Shown here in pieces: positions 26,656 through 40,904 of a DNA stretch of 64,000 nt. Below the pieces are notes generated by a model, which was not told the DNA's origin, did no database searches, and saw only the letters and a list, made by a program, of their open reading frames with translations. The stretch is taken from assembly GCA_028534125.1 (NCBI GenBank), contig CM052817.1, positions 96,288,001 through 96,352,000 of the forward strand, given 5' to 3'. The position numbers and the translations under genes were made by a program. Every line of letters begins with the position of its first letter. Positions within the stretch are counted from its first letter, which is position 1. The stretch is from Lama glama. Lineage: Eukaryota.

Positions 26656-27076
26656 GCCATTTGCTGCAACATGGATGGACCTAAAGATCGTCATTTTAAG
26701 TGAAGCAAGCCAGAAAGAGAAAGAAAAATACCATGTGATGTCACTTATATGTGGAATCTAAAAAAAAATGACACAAATGAAGTTATTCACAAAAGAGAAA
26801 CAGGTTCACAGACGTAGAAAACAAACTTATGGTTACTAGGCGGAAACGGGGTGGGAAGGGATAAATTGGGAGTTCGAGATTTGCAGATATTACTACATAT
26901 AAAATAGATAAACAAGTTTCTACTGTATTCAATTCAGGGAACTATATTCAGTATCTTGTAGTAGCCTATAATGAAAGAGAATATGAAAATGAATATATGT
27001 ATGCATATGTATGGCTGAAACTTTATGCTATACACCAGAAAGTGACACATTGTAAATTGACTATATGTCAATTACA
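26656..27076 (+). mobile_element. 5'-truncated L1 3' end with TSD
   Basis: gccatttgctgcaacatggatggacct...; TSD aaaaagcacttcca (26642-26655) / aaaaagcacctcca (27077-27090). Confidence 0.88.
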
Positions 27077-30000
27077 AAAAAGCACCTCCAAAATTATGTT
27101 GGTTTCTCTAAAACAAATTCATTTTGCATCTCAGTATGTCCAATCATTATAAATAACCTGGTAATCACTGTTTACTTTCTATATGACTCAAGTTGACTAT
27201 TTACATGTTAATATCTCAAAAAGTAGAATTTGGCATACTTGGAACAAAAGAATCTATCCATTATTTCAATAACTATTACATTTGGAATTAGTCATTAATA
27301 TAAACATTTTTGGAGAGCTTCCTTAAGGAAAATGAACATATAACGAACACAATAATCATTGCAGCTTATACATAGTTTTAAGATATATTTAAAATAAACC
27401 AAATAACTCCTAGAATATTATTTCAGTTGTGACTAATCATGTAATAGGAATTTTAAAGTCACAGCCATTATAATAATCCTGATTTTCTTTGTGAAATATA
27501 TTGGTCATTTTTACTTTAAGAGAAAAATTTAAAAATAATTATGAAGGTATATCTATTGTGCTATACTTAATATTATATCATAACATACTTTTTATTCTTA
27601 TAATTTTGTATAAAACCCTGTAACAAAGATTGAAATATTTAACTATTTTAGCTTCATTGCAAACAAATACCACTAATGCATGTATGATTTTATAGTTTCT
27701 GAAACTTTCACTAGAATTACTATCCAAATAAATGTGGTATCACCTTTAGTTGTGTAAACTGAAAAAACTAATCAACATAAAAATGTTAGCAACAAGTCAG
27801 AACCTAAGTATTAATATAGCAGGACTTTCCTTTCAGTTTAGATTTAGATTCACTTTATAACTGAATGTACTTGATAAGTTAAAAATAAGTAAAATCCACC
27901 TCCAAGAGGTTATGGAATAGAATTTTTTGTGATTGTTATAAACAACTTAGAAGTTTACTAATTTGAATCTCTAGAGGAAATGGTTACATACATAAGTTTT
28001 GCTTTATATTTTTGGAAAATACAAATTTTTCTTTATTAATAATCAAAGTTAGAAAACATAGCTTGGCTTTCAACATTTTAAAAGCATATGTACAAACTGA
28101 AAAATTGTATTTGGTAAAAAAAATACTTAGTTCAACCTTTAGTTCTTTAAAAAAATTTTAATAATAACTAAGAAAGTTTACCCCATAGTATTTTGTAAAT
28201 GGGACTATTACTAATATAATTCTTTCAATAAAAAATAAAAATTTGATCAGCAAAGAATGCTCTCAATAGCACAGTAAGAATTCACTTCAACATGGGTGAT
28301 TTTTATTTTGGGACAGATGGATTATTTGTGTAGAATGGAACAGAGATGATTTCTCAGATTCAATTCTGTTCGAACTGGTATTTAGCACACAAGGCAGTAA
28401 CTTTTTTGTGAGATCAATAAATGTTAATCACACAGAATTTTTGACCGTAATTCTTACTCGTTATCAGAGGAAAGCCGTGGTTATTTAGCACGCAGTCCAG
28501 ACTGCAATCCTTATGATAGCTTTAAATGAGTCTCTCACCAATACAAAGGCATTTTTTATGTGTGTACCCTGTTGAGAATGATTTACTCAAATGATATCCA
28601 TTCAGTCAAACATCTGAAGTACAGTGATGGTCATCAATCAGGAATGAATAAACTATTCATCAGTCAATATAAAATATTATCAAAATATTTACCCTTGTAG
28701 CTGTTGCAACACATTTTCTTTACTGAAAAATCTCAAACTTAAACACATTTTCAAAGTGTTTCTTTAGAGGCTTAGTGAAAAAGCAGTGGAATGAATCTCC
28801 TTATGTGAGGCTAACTACACATATAATCTTTATAAACAGTCTTGTTATTTGCAAACTCCCTCAAGAAATTCAAGCTTTTTTTTTTTTTACAAGAGAATGT
28901 TTTAAGCCAAAGATCAAATATGGAAAGGTATAAAATGAATGTCATTGTTTAAGAAGAATTTTCAGTGGAAGTATTTTCAAGTTAGGAGTACCACACTTGA
29001 ATCCAAACACCTTGGGCTAAATGAGAGAATCATATGAATTCCTGCTCTTTCAATTTACTCTGTAACTTTTCACTAGAGGAAAACAAAATTATATAACCAA
29101 TTGATATTGATTATATTGTTACTTATTCTATAAAATATAAGCTGAAAAATAAAGCCTAAAAATAACCTTTGCTTTTGGATTCAGTTATAATGTTAAGAAA
29201 TCTGAATAATTCTGTTAGGTTCTGCATCCTATTATAATGGCAATAAACATAAGAAAAAGAGGAGGAAAAAGAAAAATAAACTTCATGCTACATGACTACA
29301 AACAATGGACTATGGACGGGTGGAAACATTACTGTGTTAGCTCAACTCCATATTTTTCTCTAAACTAGTATTTACAGTTTTTATTAATATGAAACTCCAT
29401 ACAATATAATAGTGACTGTTTTTTCAAACAATCCTGTGATTGCTCTCCAAACTTTTTGAAATTCTATTATTTAGGAAATTTTCTCTTAAATAATAATCAC
29501 TTAAATTTTTTTTCAGTTCTTCATCTTTACACCTTTATAAATAAAAGAACTATCACTTTTCCACATAAATTGAGTGAAATAATCAAACTTTAATAAAAAC
29601 GTAACGCTGGAGAATACAAAGACACAACTTAGTAAAAACAACAAGTTGCATTAAAAAGAAAACTTCAGTTCACTGTGTGTTTTTTTCCTACTAAGTATGT
29701 CATACATTTCATCCTTGCAAGAGTTTGACGAGTTTTGCAAGTAAAATTCTGTTTCCTCTACACTTGCTAATAGTCATGAGAATCTGTAGTTTGCACCTTC
29801 CCATTAAAAATGTATTGTATTTTTTGAAATTATTCACCCCGCCTTTTATCCAGATCATGTCTTTGAAAGGAGGAAGTAGATAATAAATGGAATAATTCAT
29901 GATTTCCCATTAAATATGAAACTTTCTTTTGCAGAGTTTAGAAAATGAAGTTCTACATAATGTACAAAAGTTGATTAGAACTTTTTTAACCTTTTCAAGA

Positions 30001-31249
30001 AAAAATCTTTCACATTAAACAACTGCATGAGTAGGTTTCTTTGGGGGAAGTAAACCAATCAATTTCTTACCTATGGCTTTATCATATATATTCTAATGCT
30101 GCTCCTTCCAAACATATATCCCTTTATAAAGTGTGAGTAGTTATTAAAGTAGCGACAAGAAAAATAGTGTACATTGGGCTATACACATGACAAGTATCTA
30201 AGAAAAATATAACTGATGGTTAAATTACAAAGGGAAAAATCACATAAATTAAAAATGAAAACAAAACATTATCCGTGCTCTTTTCAGCAGTGGAATGGAA
30301 AATAGTGTGAGGGTAGATAACAAAACCTGCATTTAGATTTCTCTTATTATGACATTTCTTCTAGTGAGGTAACATTTTGTCATGAGGAAAAAACATACAC
30401 CTTTATAAAGCTTTTCTTTGCAAACTATCCATTGGGACCCGGTAACTACATTCTTTTTCTTTTGCCTTTTTTTTTTTTAAGATACAATTTAAAAAATTAA
30501 ACCAGATGATTTTTAGGTTCACTCCAGCTCTATTGTTCTATATATATTGGATAAGAAATCTAGAAAAAAATTTAGCTGAAGAAAATGTCAAATTCTGACT
30601 ATTGTAGGGCAGCTGGTGACCTCATTTCTTTAGGTTTTAAAATTTCTTTTGTGGAATAATTCATCTTTTTTTTACTAAATGTATTTTAATTTCCTCCATA
30701 TCAAAAAATAAAGAATATATTTCCCTTTTCAAACTTGAAAGCTTAAAAGATAGGCTATCACACTGTAAGCCATGTGAAGAAATCTTCCGTGTTGTATGCT
30801 CTTTAATTACCATGACAAAGGAGGTGTGTATTGCACATACAAACAGTGAAGCCAGGATTTCTTACAGGCTATATGTACACAGTGATCAAACTTCCAGAAC
30901 ATCGGTTTTGTTTTACATTTAGTAAAAACTAAATTAATAAAAACAAAAAATAAACTAATCATTCTGAAGCTTTAGTTAGACAACACCTGTGTGTAAATAT
31001 CTCATTTTCCTTTTAATGTTGCATTGATTTTATTGCAGCTATCTCCAACTTTTATTAGAAAATTTCTACTTATAACTAAGAGTATATCAAATCAAACATG
31101 TGCATCAATGAAAATATTGTAAGAGCAAAAGGAAATATTTGTGAGAAGATAAAATAAGAGCCTGGAATTCAAACTTTTTAAAAATTGGACAAGAAAGATA
31201 TTAGTAGGGATCGTAACTTCCTTGAGACAGAGAACATGTTATTTGTTTC

Positions 31250-33030
31250 TTTTGTATGTTCATATAATGGTGCAAATGCCAACAAAAAGAAAGCTTGTAT
31301 AACATTATTAATATCAAATAAAATGGAATTCAGGCATAAAATATTCAAAGAGCATACGAATATCAGAAATTCAAATATAGATTATGTCACTAAGAAATAT
31401 GGCATCTATAAAACAATACACCTAATGACAACAGCTTCAAAATATATAAAATTAACAGAAAAAGGAGGAATTGATTTCAATGCATTTTTTCATAAAATTA
31501 TAAATTAAATAGAGGGAAAAAAGATTTGAATAACAATTGTCTAGCTTGATTGAAATAACAGGCTCAATCTAATGATTAAATTCTAATAGTTTTCTACATA
31601 AGAACTATCTACCAAATAGAGAATATATATTTATTTTTCAAACATATAAGGAACATTTACAAAAATTAATCATGTACTAGCCATACTAAAAATTTCATAA
31701 ACTGATACCACGTATGGCACATTTACTGATCACGAGTAAGTATTCACTCCCCACTCCTGCATTCTCCCTTGCAAAATTAAAAAAAAAACAACCCACAAGA
31801 AAAACCTCTTCACCTGCAAATTCACAAATATATTTCTAATTTTTCCATTGCCAAAAGGGGAAACCACTGTAGAAATTTTCATATATTTAGAATGGAAAGA
31901 AAAAAATTAACTGTTAAATCCTGGGGGAAGAAATCATCATGATGCTTTTGTTAGAGAACAAGAGCAACTCTGATGAGTAAAGAAGCGAATTTTCAACTCA
32001 GGAAGTTAGGGGGAAAAAGCCTAACAAAATAAACGATGGCATGAAGTCAAATAAAGGACAGGGAGGGAAATACTAACAGCAAATGCTTAAATTAATAAAA
32101 TAGGAAACAAAAAATCTGGCCCATAAAACAAAAAAAAGACTATGTGAAAAGACAAATTTGCAAGTACTATATAATCAAGAAAAAATTTTTAAAATGTCAT
32201 CAAAATTATACCAAAAATGGAAGAGGTAATATAGCTTCTAATTACAGAATTGCTAACTTTTAATGTAGCAAAAGAAAAAAATATGGATCAATATTATTAT
32301 AGTTTAGATACAATATTCTGCCTACACTGCCCCCCCTCAAAAAGAACTCACAGCAAATTAAAACCATAATGAATAAGTAGGGTTTATCCTAGAATTCCAA
32401 GGATGATTCAAAATTAGAAAATCTAGTAACTTTATGATAATCTCAGTAGATGCTAGAAAATTATTTAGTAAAGATCAAAACTCATTCATGATTGAGAAAA
32501 GTAGAAACTAAAAGATGAATTCTTTATCTTGGTAATATGTATCTATTAAAAACAGACAACATAAAGCTTCTTGTTTCGTGATACATTAGAATCATATCCA
32601 CTAAAGTCAGGAATTTGAAGGGATGCCTGCTGTCTCTGCTATTGTTTAATACCATGTACTGTTAACTGAAGGTTCTTGTCAATATGGACTCCATATTTTA
32701 ATGATACCAATTCTCCTAAAATAACATATAAAATCAAGGCAGTGTCAATAAAATCTCAATGAAATTTTCCTGTCTCTTGACAAGATAATTCTAAATTTCA
32801 TATAAAGTGGTTAATGTACAAGAAAAACCTAAGAGGGGACTGACTGCCAAATATAAAAATATATTTTAACTATATTAATAAATGAGTTGTGCCATTGACA
32901 TGAAAAAAGAAGTAAATCAATGAAATAGAGTATATGTACATGTGTATGTATAGACACATGAAAATTTGGTATTTAGTAGAAGTGGCATTTCAATTCAGGA
33001 GAAAGTTTTGGGGACAATTGATGATCTATT
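31250..33030 (+). mobile_element. Old, degraded L1 (ORF2 fragments)
   Basis: A-rich, with recognisable ORF2 pieces (gcaaatgccaacaaaaagaaagc; ataatctcagtagatgc; ctaaagtcaggaa...ggatgcc). Boundaries approximate. Confidence 0.65.
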
Positions 33031-33249
33031 TGCAAATTTTGTTGGTATTATTTTTTATATATGAATATCACTATACTTTTATGTAATATAGATGAAAGTA
33101 TATGTTCTATTACCTTTCTACATTTCATAGAACATTTAATTGATACACTTAAATCTCAATTTCCTAATCATATTCTTAACCTTAATATATGTGATATGTA
33201 TATATTAAACCTATATCACTAAGAAATTTCAGGTGGTTAATCACATTAG

Positions 33250-34058
33250 TTTTTTTTTTAAGTATAGTTGACTTACAATGTTGTGTTAGTTTCTGGTGTA
33301 CAGCATAGTGATTCAGTTATACATATTTTTTTAATATTCTTTATCATTATAGGTTATTACAAGATATTAAATATAGTTCCTTGTGCTAAACAGTAGGGCA
33401 CTGATATTTGTCTATTTTATGTATAGTAGCTAGTACCTGCAAATCCCAAACTCCTAATTTATTCTTCCCCCACTTCCCCCAGGTAACTATAAGTTTGTAT
33501 TCTATGTCTATGAATCTGTTTGTTTTGTAAATAAGTTCATTTGTGCCATTTTTATAGATTCTATATAAGTGATATCGTATGATATTTGTCTTTTTCTATC
33601 TGACTTAATTTCACTTAGTACGATAATCTCTAGGTCCATCCATGTTCCTGCAAATGGCATTATTTCATTCTCTTTTATGGCTGAGTAATATTCCATTGTG
33701 TATACACATGTTCTTTATCTATTCATCTGTTGATGGACATTTAAGTTGCTTCCACCTCTTGGCTATTGTAAACAATGCTGCTATGAACACTGGAGTACAT
33801 GTATCTTTTCAAATTAGAGTTTCCTCCGGACATATGTCCAGGAGTGAGATTGCTGGATCATATGGTAAGTCTATTTTCAGTTTTTAAGGAATCTCCATAC
33901 TGTTTTCCATAATGGCTGCACCAAATTACATTCCCACCAGCAGTGTAGGAGGGTTCTCTTTTCTCCACACCTTCTCCAGCATTTAACATTTGTGGACTTT
34001 TGAATGATGGTGATTCTGATGGGTGTGAGGTGATACCTCATTGTGGTTTTGATTTACA
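33250..34058 (-). mobile_element. L1 3' end (ORF2 C-terminus + 3' UTR), minus strand
   Basis: Poly(T) then agtatagttgacttacaatg. Track ORF 33508..33696 MEYYSAIKENEIMPFAGTWMDLEIIVLSEI is the L1 ORF2 C-terminus. Confidence 0.9.
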
Positions 34059-35239
34059 TTTACATCATTTTTAAAGTAACTTGTAGACACTTATTTTGGA
34101 CTTCTGAGTTAGATACTTTTTTTCTTAGATACCACAATTTCCTCTTTCTTGAATTCTCTTTTCTTTCCCCTAGATTCTAAAGATTTGGGCCAGGGATGAA
34201 GGGCCCATACAGACTGTATAGGAAGAGATGTTTCCCAGTCCTCATATTTTCTGAAAAGATTTAAATTTTGCCCTCAGCTTTGGTTAATAGTTTATCTAGG
34301 TATAGGATTCTGAGTTAAAATAATTGTTCTACATATTTTGAAGACATTCTTCCTTTTTTTTTTTAGAACCACATGTTACTACTAAGAACTGTGATGATAG
34401 TCTGATCTTTATTTCTTGATGACAACCATTCCTCCAAACCCTGAAAGCTTCTAGTATCTTCTCTTATACTTGGGATTCTGAAACTTCATGAAAACGCATC
34501 TAAGTGAGTTTTCTTCTTTTTTTGTATTTTGTTTTTTCTTCCTGGTAACTTTGGTGGCCACAGCCCAAAGATCTGTGGTTTTTTTCCAGTCTAAGTATCT
34601 ATGTCTGTGTATCTCTCCATCAATATTGATCTATGTCTACCTATATATTTATTATCATTCAATCTCTCCATTTTCTCTTCTTTCACTTGTATAAAATATT
34701 CACCACCTGGATTATGTTCTGTATTCATTCCTTTTAAAACATTTTCTGTATCTTTTCTGTTTTTAATCCCATGTGTTGAGAGTTATCATTATCTTTCTCT
34801 TCTATCCATTCTTTGAATTATTTCAGCTAACTTTCTCTTTGAAGGATTCTTTTTCTTTAAATTCTTTCATAGCATCAGGTTATATTTGAGGGATGTAAGA
34901 TTTTCTACAGTGTCTGTAAGGAAACATATTGGAAATCTTTCAAAGTTTCTCTTTTCCCTATGGAAAATTTGTTTCAGATCATGTTAAATGTTCTTTGTTC
35001 ATCTATTTCTTTTGTATTGTAATATTTTCTCAAATATCAGAGGCTATTTGTCTATTCATAATAATGAAGTTCTAGATCTCTTAACATAGATAATAGGCTT
35101 GCATTTCCTATTAGTAAACTTTATCCTGAGGTGTGTGTATCGGGAGAGCGCAGGCTGGGCATTCCTTGCACCAGTGCCAACAAAAAGGATGGTACACTAG
35201 CTTCCCTGACAGGAAGAGCACAGGCCAACTGTTACTTTT

Positions 35240-36560
35240 TAAGATTCTTTGCATCACTGTTCATAAGGAATATTATTCCGTGGTTTTCTTTTTATGTAAT
35301 GGCTTTTTCTGGTATTGGTATCAGGATAATTATGGTCTCATAGAATGAGTTGAGAAATGTTTCCTCCTCTTCTATTTTTTTGAAGAGTTTGTGCCAAATT
35401 GGTATTATTTTATTTTTCAAATGTTACAGAGAATTCACCAGTGAAGCCAAATGGGCCTGGAATTTTCTTTATGGGAAGTTTTTAAACTGTTGATTCAATG
35501 TCTTTAGTGGATATAAACCCCCTGTGTTACTTATTTCTACTTAAGTGAACTTTGGTAGTGTCTTTCAAGAAATCTAGCCATTTCTATAAACTGTTGAATT
35601 TATCAGCATAAAGGTTATTTCCTAATTAGCATTTTAATATTTGTGTAATTTGTGGTGATGTGTCTCCTCTTTCCTTTCTGAAATTGGTAAGTTGTGTTTT
35701 CTCTCTTTCTCTCTGTTCAGTATGGCTAACTGATGATCAATTTTATTGAGCTTTTCAAAAGACTAGTTTTTAGCTTTATTATTTTCTCTATTGTTTTTCT
35801 GTTTTCTGCTCTCATTTTACTGTTTCTTTTCCCCTGCTTTTTCTAGTCTTTTAAAATGGAAGTTTAGGGTAATGATTTTAGAATTTCTATTTTTCTAATA
35901 TCAACATTTTAATGCTATAAAATTCCCTTTAAGCACTGCTTTAGCTGCATCCTACAAGTTTTGACATGCCATGTTTTCTTTTTCATTCAGTTCAAAGTAT
36001 TTTCTCATTTGCTTGAGATTTCCTACTTGATCCATGGTTTATTTGAAGTCTACAGTAAATATGAAGTAAATATGAAGGCTGTTTCCACATTTGTGGGGTT
36101 TTTCAGCTATCTTCCTGCCATTATTTCTAGTTTAATTCTACTCTTGCAAGAGAAAATAAATTTTAGAATTTAAATCCTTTTAAGTATATTTAAATTTGGT
36201 TTATGGCTTGGAATATCATCTCCTTTGATAAATGTTCCACATGTACTTGAAAATAACGTGTGTTCCACTGTTGTTTGATGTAATGTTAGGTAAATGTCAA
36301 CTATTTAAGTTGACCAATGGTATTGTTGTTCAAGTCTTGGATAGCCTACTAATTTTTTAATCAATAATTAAGACAGCAATGCTAGAATCTCCAATTATAA
36401 TTGTGGACTTAACTACTTTTCCTTTTCTTTCTATCAGTTTTTATTTTATGTATTTTGAAGTTCTGTCACAGGAATACAAACATTTAGGATTATTCCTTCT
36501 TGATGAACCAACTTGTTTTATCCTTATGAAATGTCACTTTTTATCCCTGGTAATAGTCCA
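35240..36560 (-). mobile_element. Old L1 ORF2 fragment, minus strand
   Basis: T-rich, with motifs gaattcaccagtgaagcc...gggcctgg and ttcccttt aagcactgctttagctgcatcc. Confidence 0.8.
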
Positions 36561-37789
36561 ACTACTTTCTGAAAATGTATTTCTGAAAATCTTGGAATCA
36601 CTCATTTTTCTTCCCTTCTTTCTCATCATGTTAAGAATTTACCATCTTTAGTACTTCTGTGTGGTCATTTCAAATGCAGGAAGAAAATGTGTTTAGCCAT
36701 CCATCTTGATCTTGGAGTGGAAAAAGCTCTAATCTAAACTTTTGAGACAATTCCCTTGTTCTATTTCTCTGGCTACTTTGGTTGCAGGATAAGAGATTGT
36801 TTCAGACAAGCTTAAGAGGATTTTATGGAAATATGAATCAGGATTTATAGAATAATTGCATCCTTAAGAGATGAACCCAGAGGGAGGTTCTAGACCCATA
36901 GTAGCAAGGTGTCTAGAGGAACCTAGAAATCTGATCTCTGATGTATGTCTGACTCATTTCCTTTCTAGCTTATTCATTCTTTCCTTCTATGAATCATTTT
37001 TTTCTATCTCATTGTTTCTGCTTCTTTATAACATTAGATTGCCTTTGTCAAACTACTTAACCTCCCTAAGCCTTGGTCTCTGGGAGTAATAACAACTCTT
37101 CACAAGTTTATTGTAAGGATCACTTAAAACACAGACCAGTACACAGTATTAATTTAATATATCTTACCCATTACTATTTTTGCCTGAAATAAAACCTAGC
37201 TAAGAGATGTAATATTTGTGTCAAGCTGTCTATATACCCTGCTCAGTGTTCATTAGGTGGGCAAAGTTCAATTATGTTGCTCTGTTTTTCTTATACAAGG
37301 TCATGGGATAACTTTCTTTTGGAATTTAGTATCAGGAAAAAGTTTGTCTCTCTTGAAGAACTGCTATATTCCCTTTCATCAGCTACTGAGAATTCTATCG
37401 TCCATCACAGCTCCCTTTTTGCCCAGTCTGCCCAGTTCAGAGTGAAATTTCTTGAGGAAAACTGCATTAACTCTAGTGGGGAGCATACTGACATACTTCT
37501 TTAGTTGCCTTTCATTTTCTATATATAATCTGATAGCTATGTAATATAAAATGTTAACTTTAAGTTTCTTCAGTCCTCTCGAGAATGAAAGTTAGCAAGA
37601 AATAAAAGTTATTTTATGTAAGTCAGAAGAATCTTACAGGAGAATGAAACCATTTTCAAAGAACTCTAAGTCTAGAGCAGAGTCCTTTCCTTATGACAAT
37701 TCACAGTAAGAAGAACGTTTTACATTGCAATTCAGTACACACACATATATATCTCATATATGTATCTATGTGAGACAACAGTTTAAAAG

Positions 37790-38030
37790 CACTAATACTC
37801 AAAATATTCTAACCTCTTTATAAATATTAACTCAATTAATCCTCATAACTGTTTCATGACCCAAGCCCTATTATCAATATCCCTAGTTTTTCAGATGAGA
37901 AAACTGAAGTATACAAAGGTTAAGCAACTTGGCCAAAGTTGACTAGTTACTTAGTTGGTAAAAGTAGAGGTGGGATTTGAGTCCAAGGAGTCGGGTTTCA
38001 AAACCTGTGCTCTACTTCATTACACCTGGC
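37790..38030 (-). mobile_element. MIR SINE
   Basis: ttaatcctcataac...cagatgagaaaactgaag...ggttaagcaacttggccaa...gggatttgagtccaagg. Confidence 0.8.
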
Positions 38031-38784
38031 AGCCCCCTCTGTGCAGTGCACCCATTTCTATTTTATTTTACTACAATCTCTTTCGTATTTTAAATGATGG
38101 TCATGATCTCCAAACTGATGGGTAACCACTACTCACTAAGGAATCACAATCTATAGTTTTTTTGTATTTTTCAACATTAATCAAGAAGAAAAAAAAGTCC
38201 TAGATGTACGTGACTATCAATGGCTATTAAGGGAGTTTAAACAGAAACTCTGGACTCTACCATGTGGGTAAGGATGGATCAAGAGAGGCCTCACAGAGCA
38301 AGAAACAGTTAAGCTGAGGCTGGAACAGAAGTTTACCAAGTACACAAGGTATGGGGGAAGGAGAAGGGCATTTCAGGCAGAGCAAATGTACAAGGCTACA
38401 AAGGGGTAAAAGATCACCATTCATCAAATGCAGTTCATCAGCTGCATCAATCTCTGTGAACTGAACCCTGTATGAGTACTGAGGATGCACACATGAGCAA
38501 AGCAGCCCTGGCTCCAGCCCTCCTGAAGCTTTAGTCTAGTAGAGGAAACCAACTAGCAGTGATAATGCAGTGTTGTAAGTGCCATGATGGGTGGGGTTCT
38601 GGGTATTACAGGGTGTTACGGTAGTAAGGTTATCTAATATAATTGAGCCATTTAAGAGTGAGTAAGAATTAGGCATGAAACAGTAAGGGGAAAAGCATTC
38701 TAGGCCAAGGAGATGGGAATACAGTAAAGCTGGGAGATGAAAGAGAGCATTGTCTAATGAAGACCTGAGTAACTTCAGAGACAA

Positions 38785-39010
38785 AATGGTGTCATGGTTA
38801 AAGAATTGGCTCTGGGACCAGATTGCCTATATTCAAATTCTTGCTTTTCTACTTATTAGCTGTGTGAACATGGGCAAGTTAGTTAATATCTCTGTGCTTC
38901 AATTTCCTTAACCGTATGCAACTGGCAAAGATTTTTCCAGGAGCAAACGAATCAATACATGTAAGGCGCTTAGAACGATGTCTGAAATATAGTAGGTGTT
39001 CAACTTACTA
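38785..39010 (+). mobile_element. MIR SINE
   Basis: tggttaaaga...ggctctggg...acttattagctgtgtgaacatgggcaagttagttaa..tctctgtgcttcaatttcct. Confidence 0.8.
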
Positions 39011-40637
39011 TAATGTCAATAATGTCAATATTAGACATTATTATTATTTTGACAAAGAATACATTTCAAAGAAGGAATGGAGATTACCTTGGCAGAGGTG
39101 TAGCTGGCTTAGTTTAAAAATATTGCTTTAATGCCTACTAGGTGCTAGATGATGTCATAGATACTGGAGACCAAACAGTAAACAAGACATCAGTTGGGTG
39201 CTCAAGTCAGTTCAGAAGGCGCTGTCAGCTTTGACTACTGCCTTTACTCACTATCCACATTCATTGTATCGGTAACCTCCAACCTCCCATCACCAAAATA
39301 TATTCTAAATCATACCATTTCTCAACATTTCCACATCTACCCTGGTCAAGCCCCCATTATCTCTGCCAGGCTGCTGCCTACGCAAATATCCACAGAGCAG
39401 CCTGAGTGATCCTTTTAAAATGAAATTACATCATGTAATTTCCCTGCTTAAAATGCTCTGATGATTTCCCAATATGTCTAGAATAAAATTTAAGCTCTTC
39501 AAAATGAGTTTGACTAAATAACTTCTGATCCTTTAGAAATAATGTGAACATAATGAAAAAAAAATTAAAGAGCAAAAGAAGCTTGGAAAGATGCTTTCTC
39601 ATTGATACCTAAGGGTTTTGGAAGACATGATAGTAGTTAATTATGATAATGAGGAGCAATCAATTATATTATGGCACCCCTATTAGGACAGTTATAACAT
39701 ATTACTAACTGGAGAAAAAGTAGCTTAATAACTCTAAGAAGAGTACCATTCCAATTTTCAAAACAAACAAAAATAAATTAATACATTCATTTAATTAATT
39801 AAAAAACTGAGGTGATCCACATTGTTGAATTTCCAAACAACCAAAAATTTTAAATACAAAAACCTAGAATGAAACCAAAAATTGCAATTAAAACATACTA
39901 ATAAGCTTTTCTAAACTCTATTTCTCATTTCCCTGCCATGTGAAACAGAGTAAGGTGAACAAAACAATACTTTCTTACCACATTTCAATTATTTAATTCC
40001 AACACAACGTAAACATTGAAAAGGGTCCCTGTAGAGCCTAGTCAATAACTGTCCTTCCAAGCTATGTTCCCCAAAAGTCTGACCTTTTAACAGAGGCCTA
40101 CTCTTTGTCTTCCTTCAAATCTACTGTCATTTCAGTATGTTAGCTTCCTCCTTACAGTTTTGATTCTATGAAGTTGTAAAAACAAGGTTTCCACAGAAAA
40201 CAATATAGCCAAGCTTGTTAAATAGGAAAATCTAATTTTTTATACATTTCTAGGTCAATTGACTTGTCTAAAGATGGATCCACATTTCTCTTGATGTTAA
40301 AATGGAAGGCTATTTTTCCAGAGCTTTTCCATTTATGTCAATGTTTGCATACATATCCCGATGTTGATTAGCCTAAATCTAATATCTAAATAAATACGGT
40401 ATCTCTGTAATTATCATTATAAGGGAACTGTCAAGTTTTGTCCAGGGTATGAATTACGATGAAGAGGACCTATTCTTCAATATCTAAGTTTTCTAGCAAT
40501 ATGTGATTTTGCTTAGTGTGCTTCCACATTAGCTTGAATAAAAGTACTTAAAATGCATAGAAAGATTTTTATATAGTGGTATGTAGAAAATTGGGATTAA
40601 CAGTTAAATCACAGAGTCTGAGGAGATATACATATAA

Positions 40638-40669
40638 TACACACACACACACATACATACATACATACA
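40638..40669. repeat. Compound (AC)n(ATAC)n microsatellite
   Basis: acacacacacacacacatacatacatacatac. Confidence 0.9.
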
Positions 40670-40904
40670 AATACACTATATCAATATGTAAATGTATGTA
40701 TATTTGTAAACACATGCTTCCAGATGAAAGAACAGAGTATTTAAAATGATCTCAAAAACTCATCCCAATACAAAGTTGTGAAAGTTTCCAAATAATCTAA
40801 TTAAAAATAATCAAGAAAAAATATCTCCTACAAATATATTTATTCTTATTTCTTATAACTAGACATTAATTTTTTTTTATTTCAAAAGAGTATGATAATG
40901 AAGA

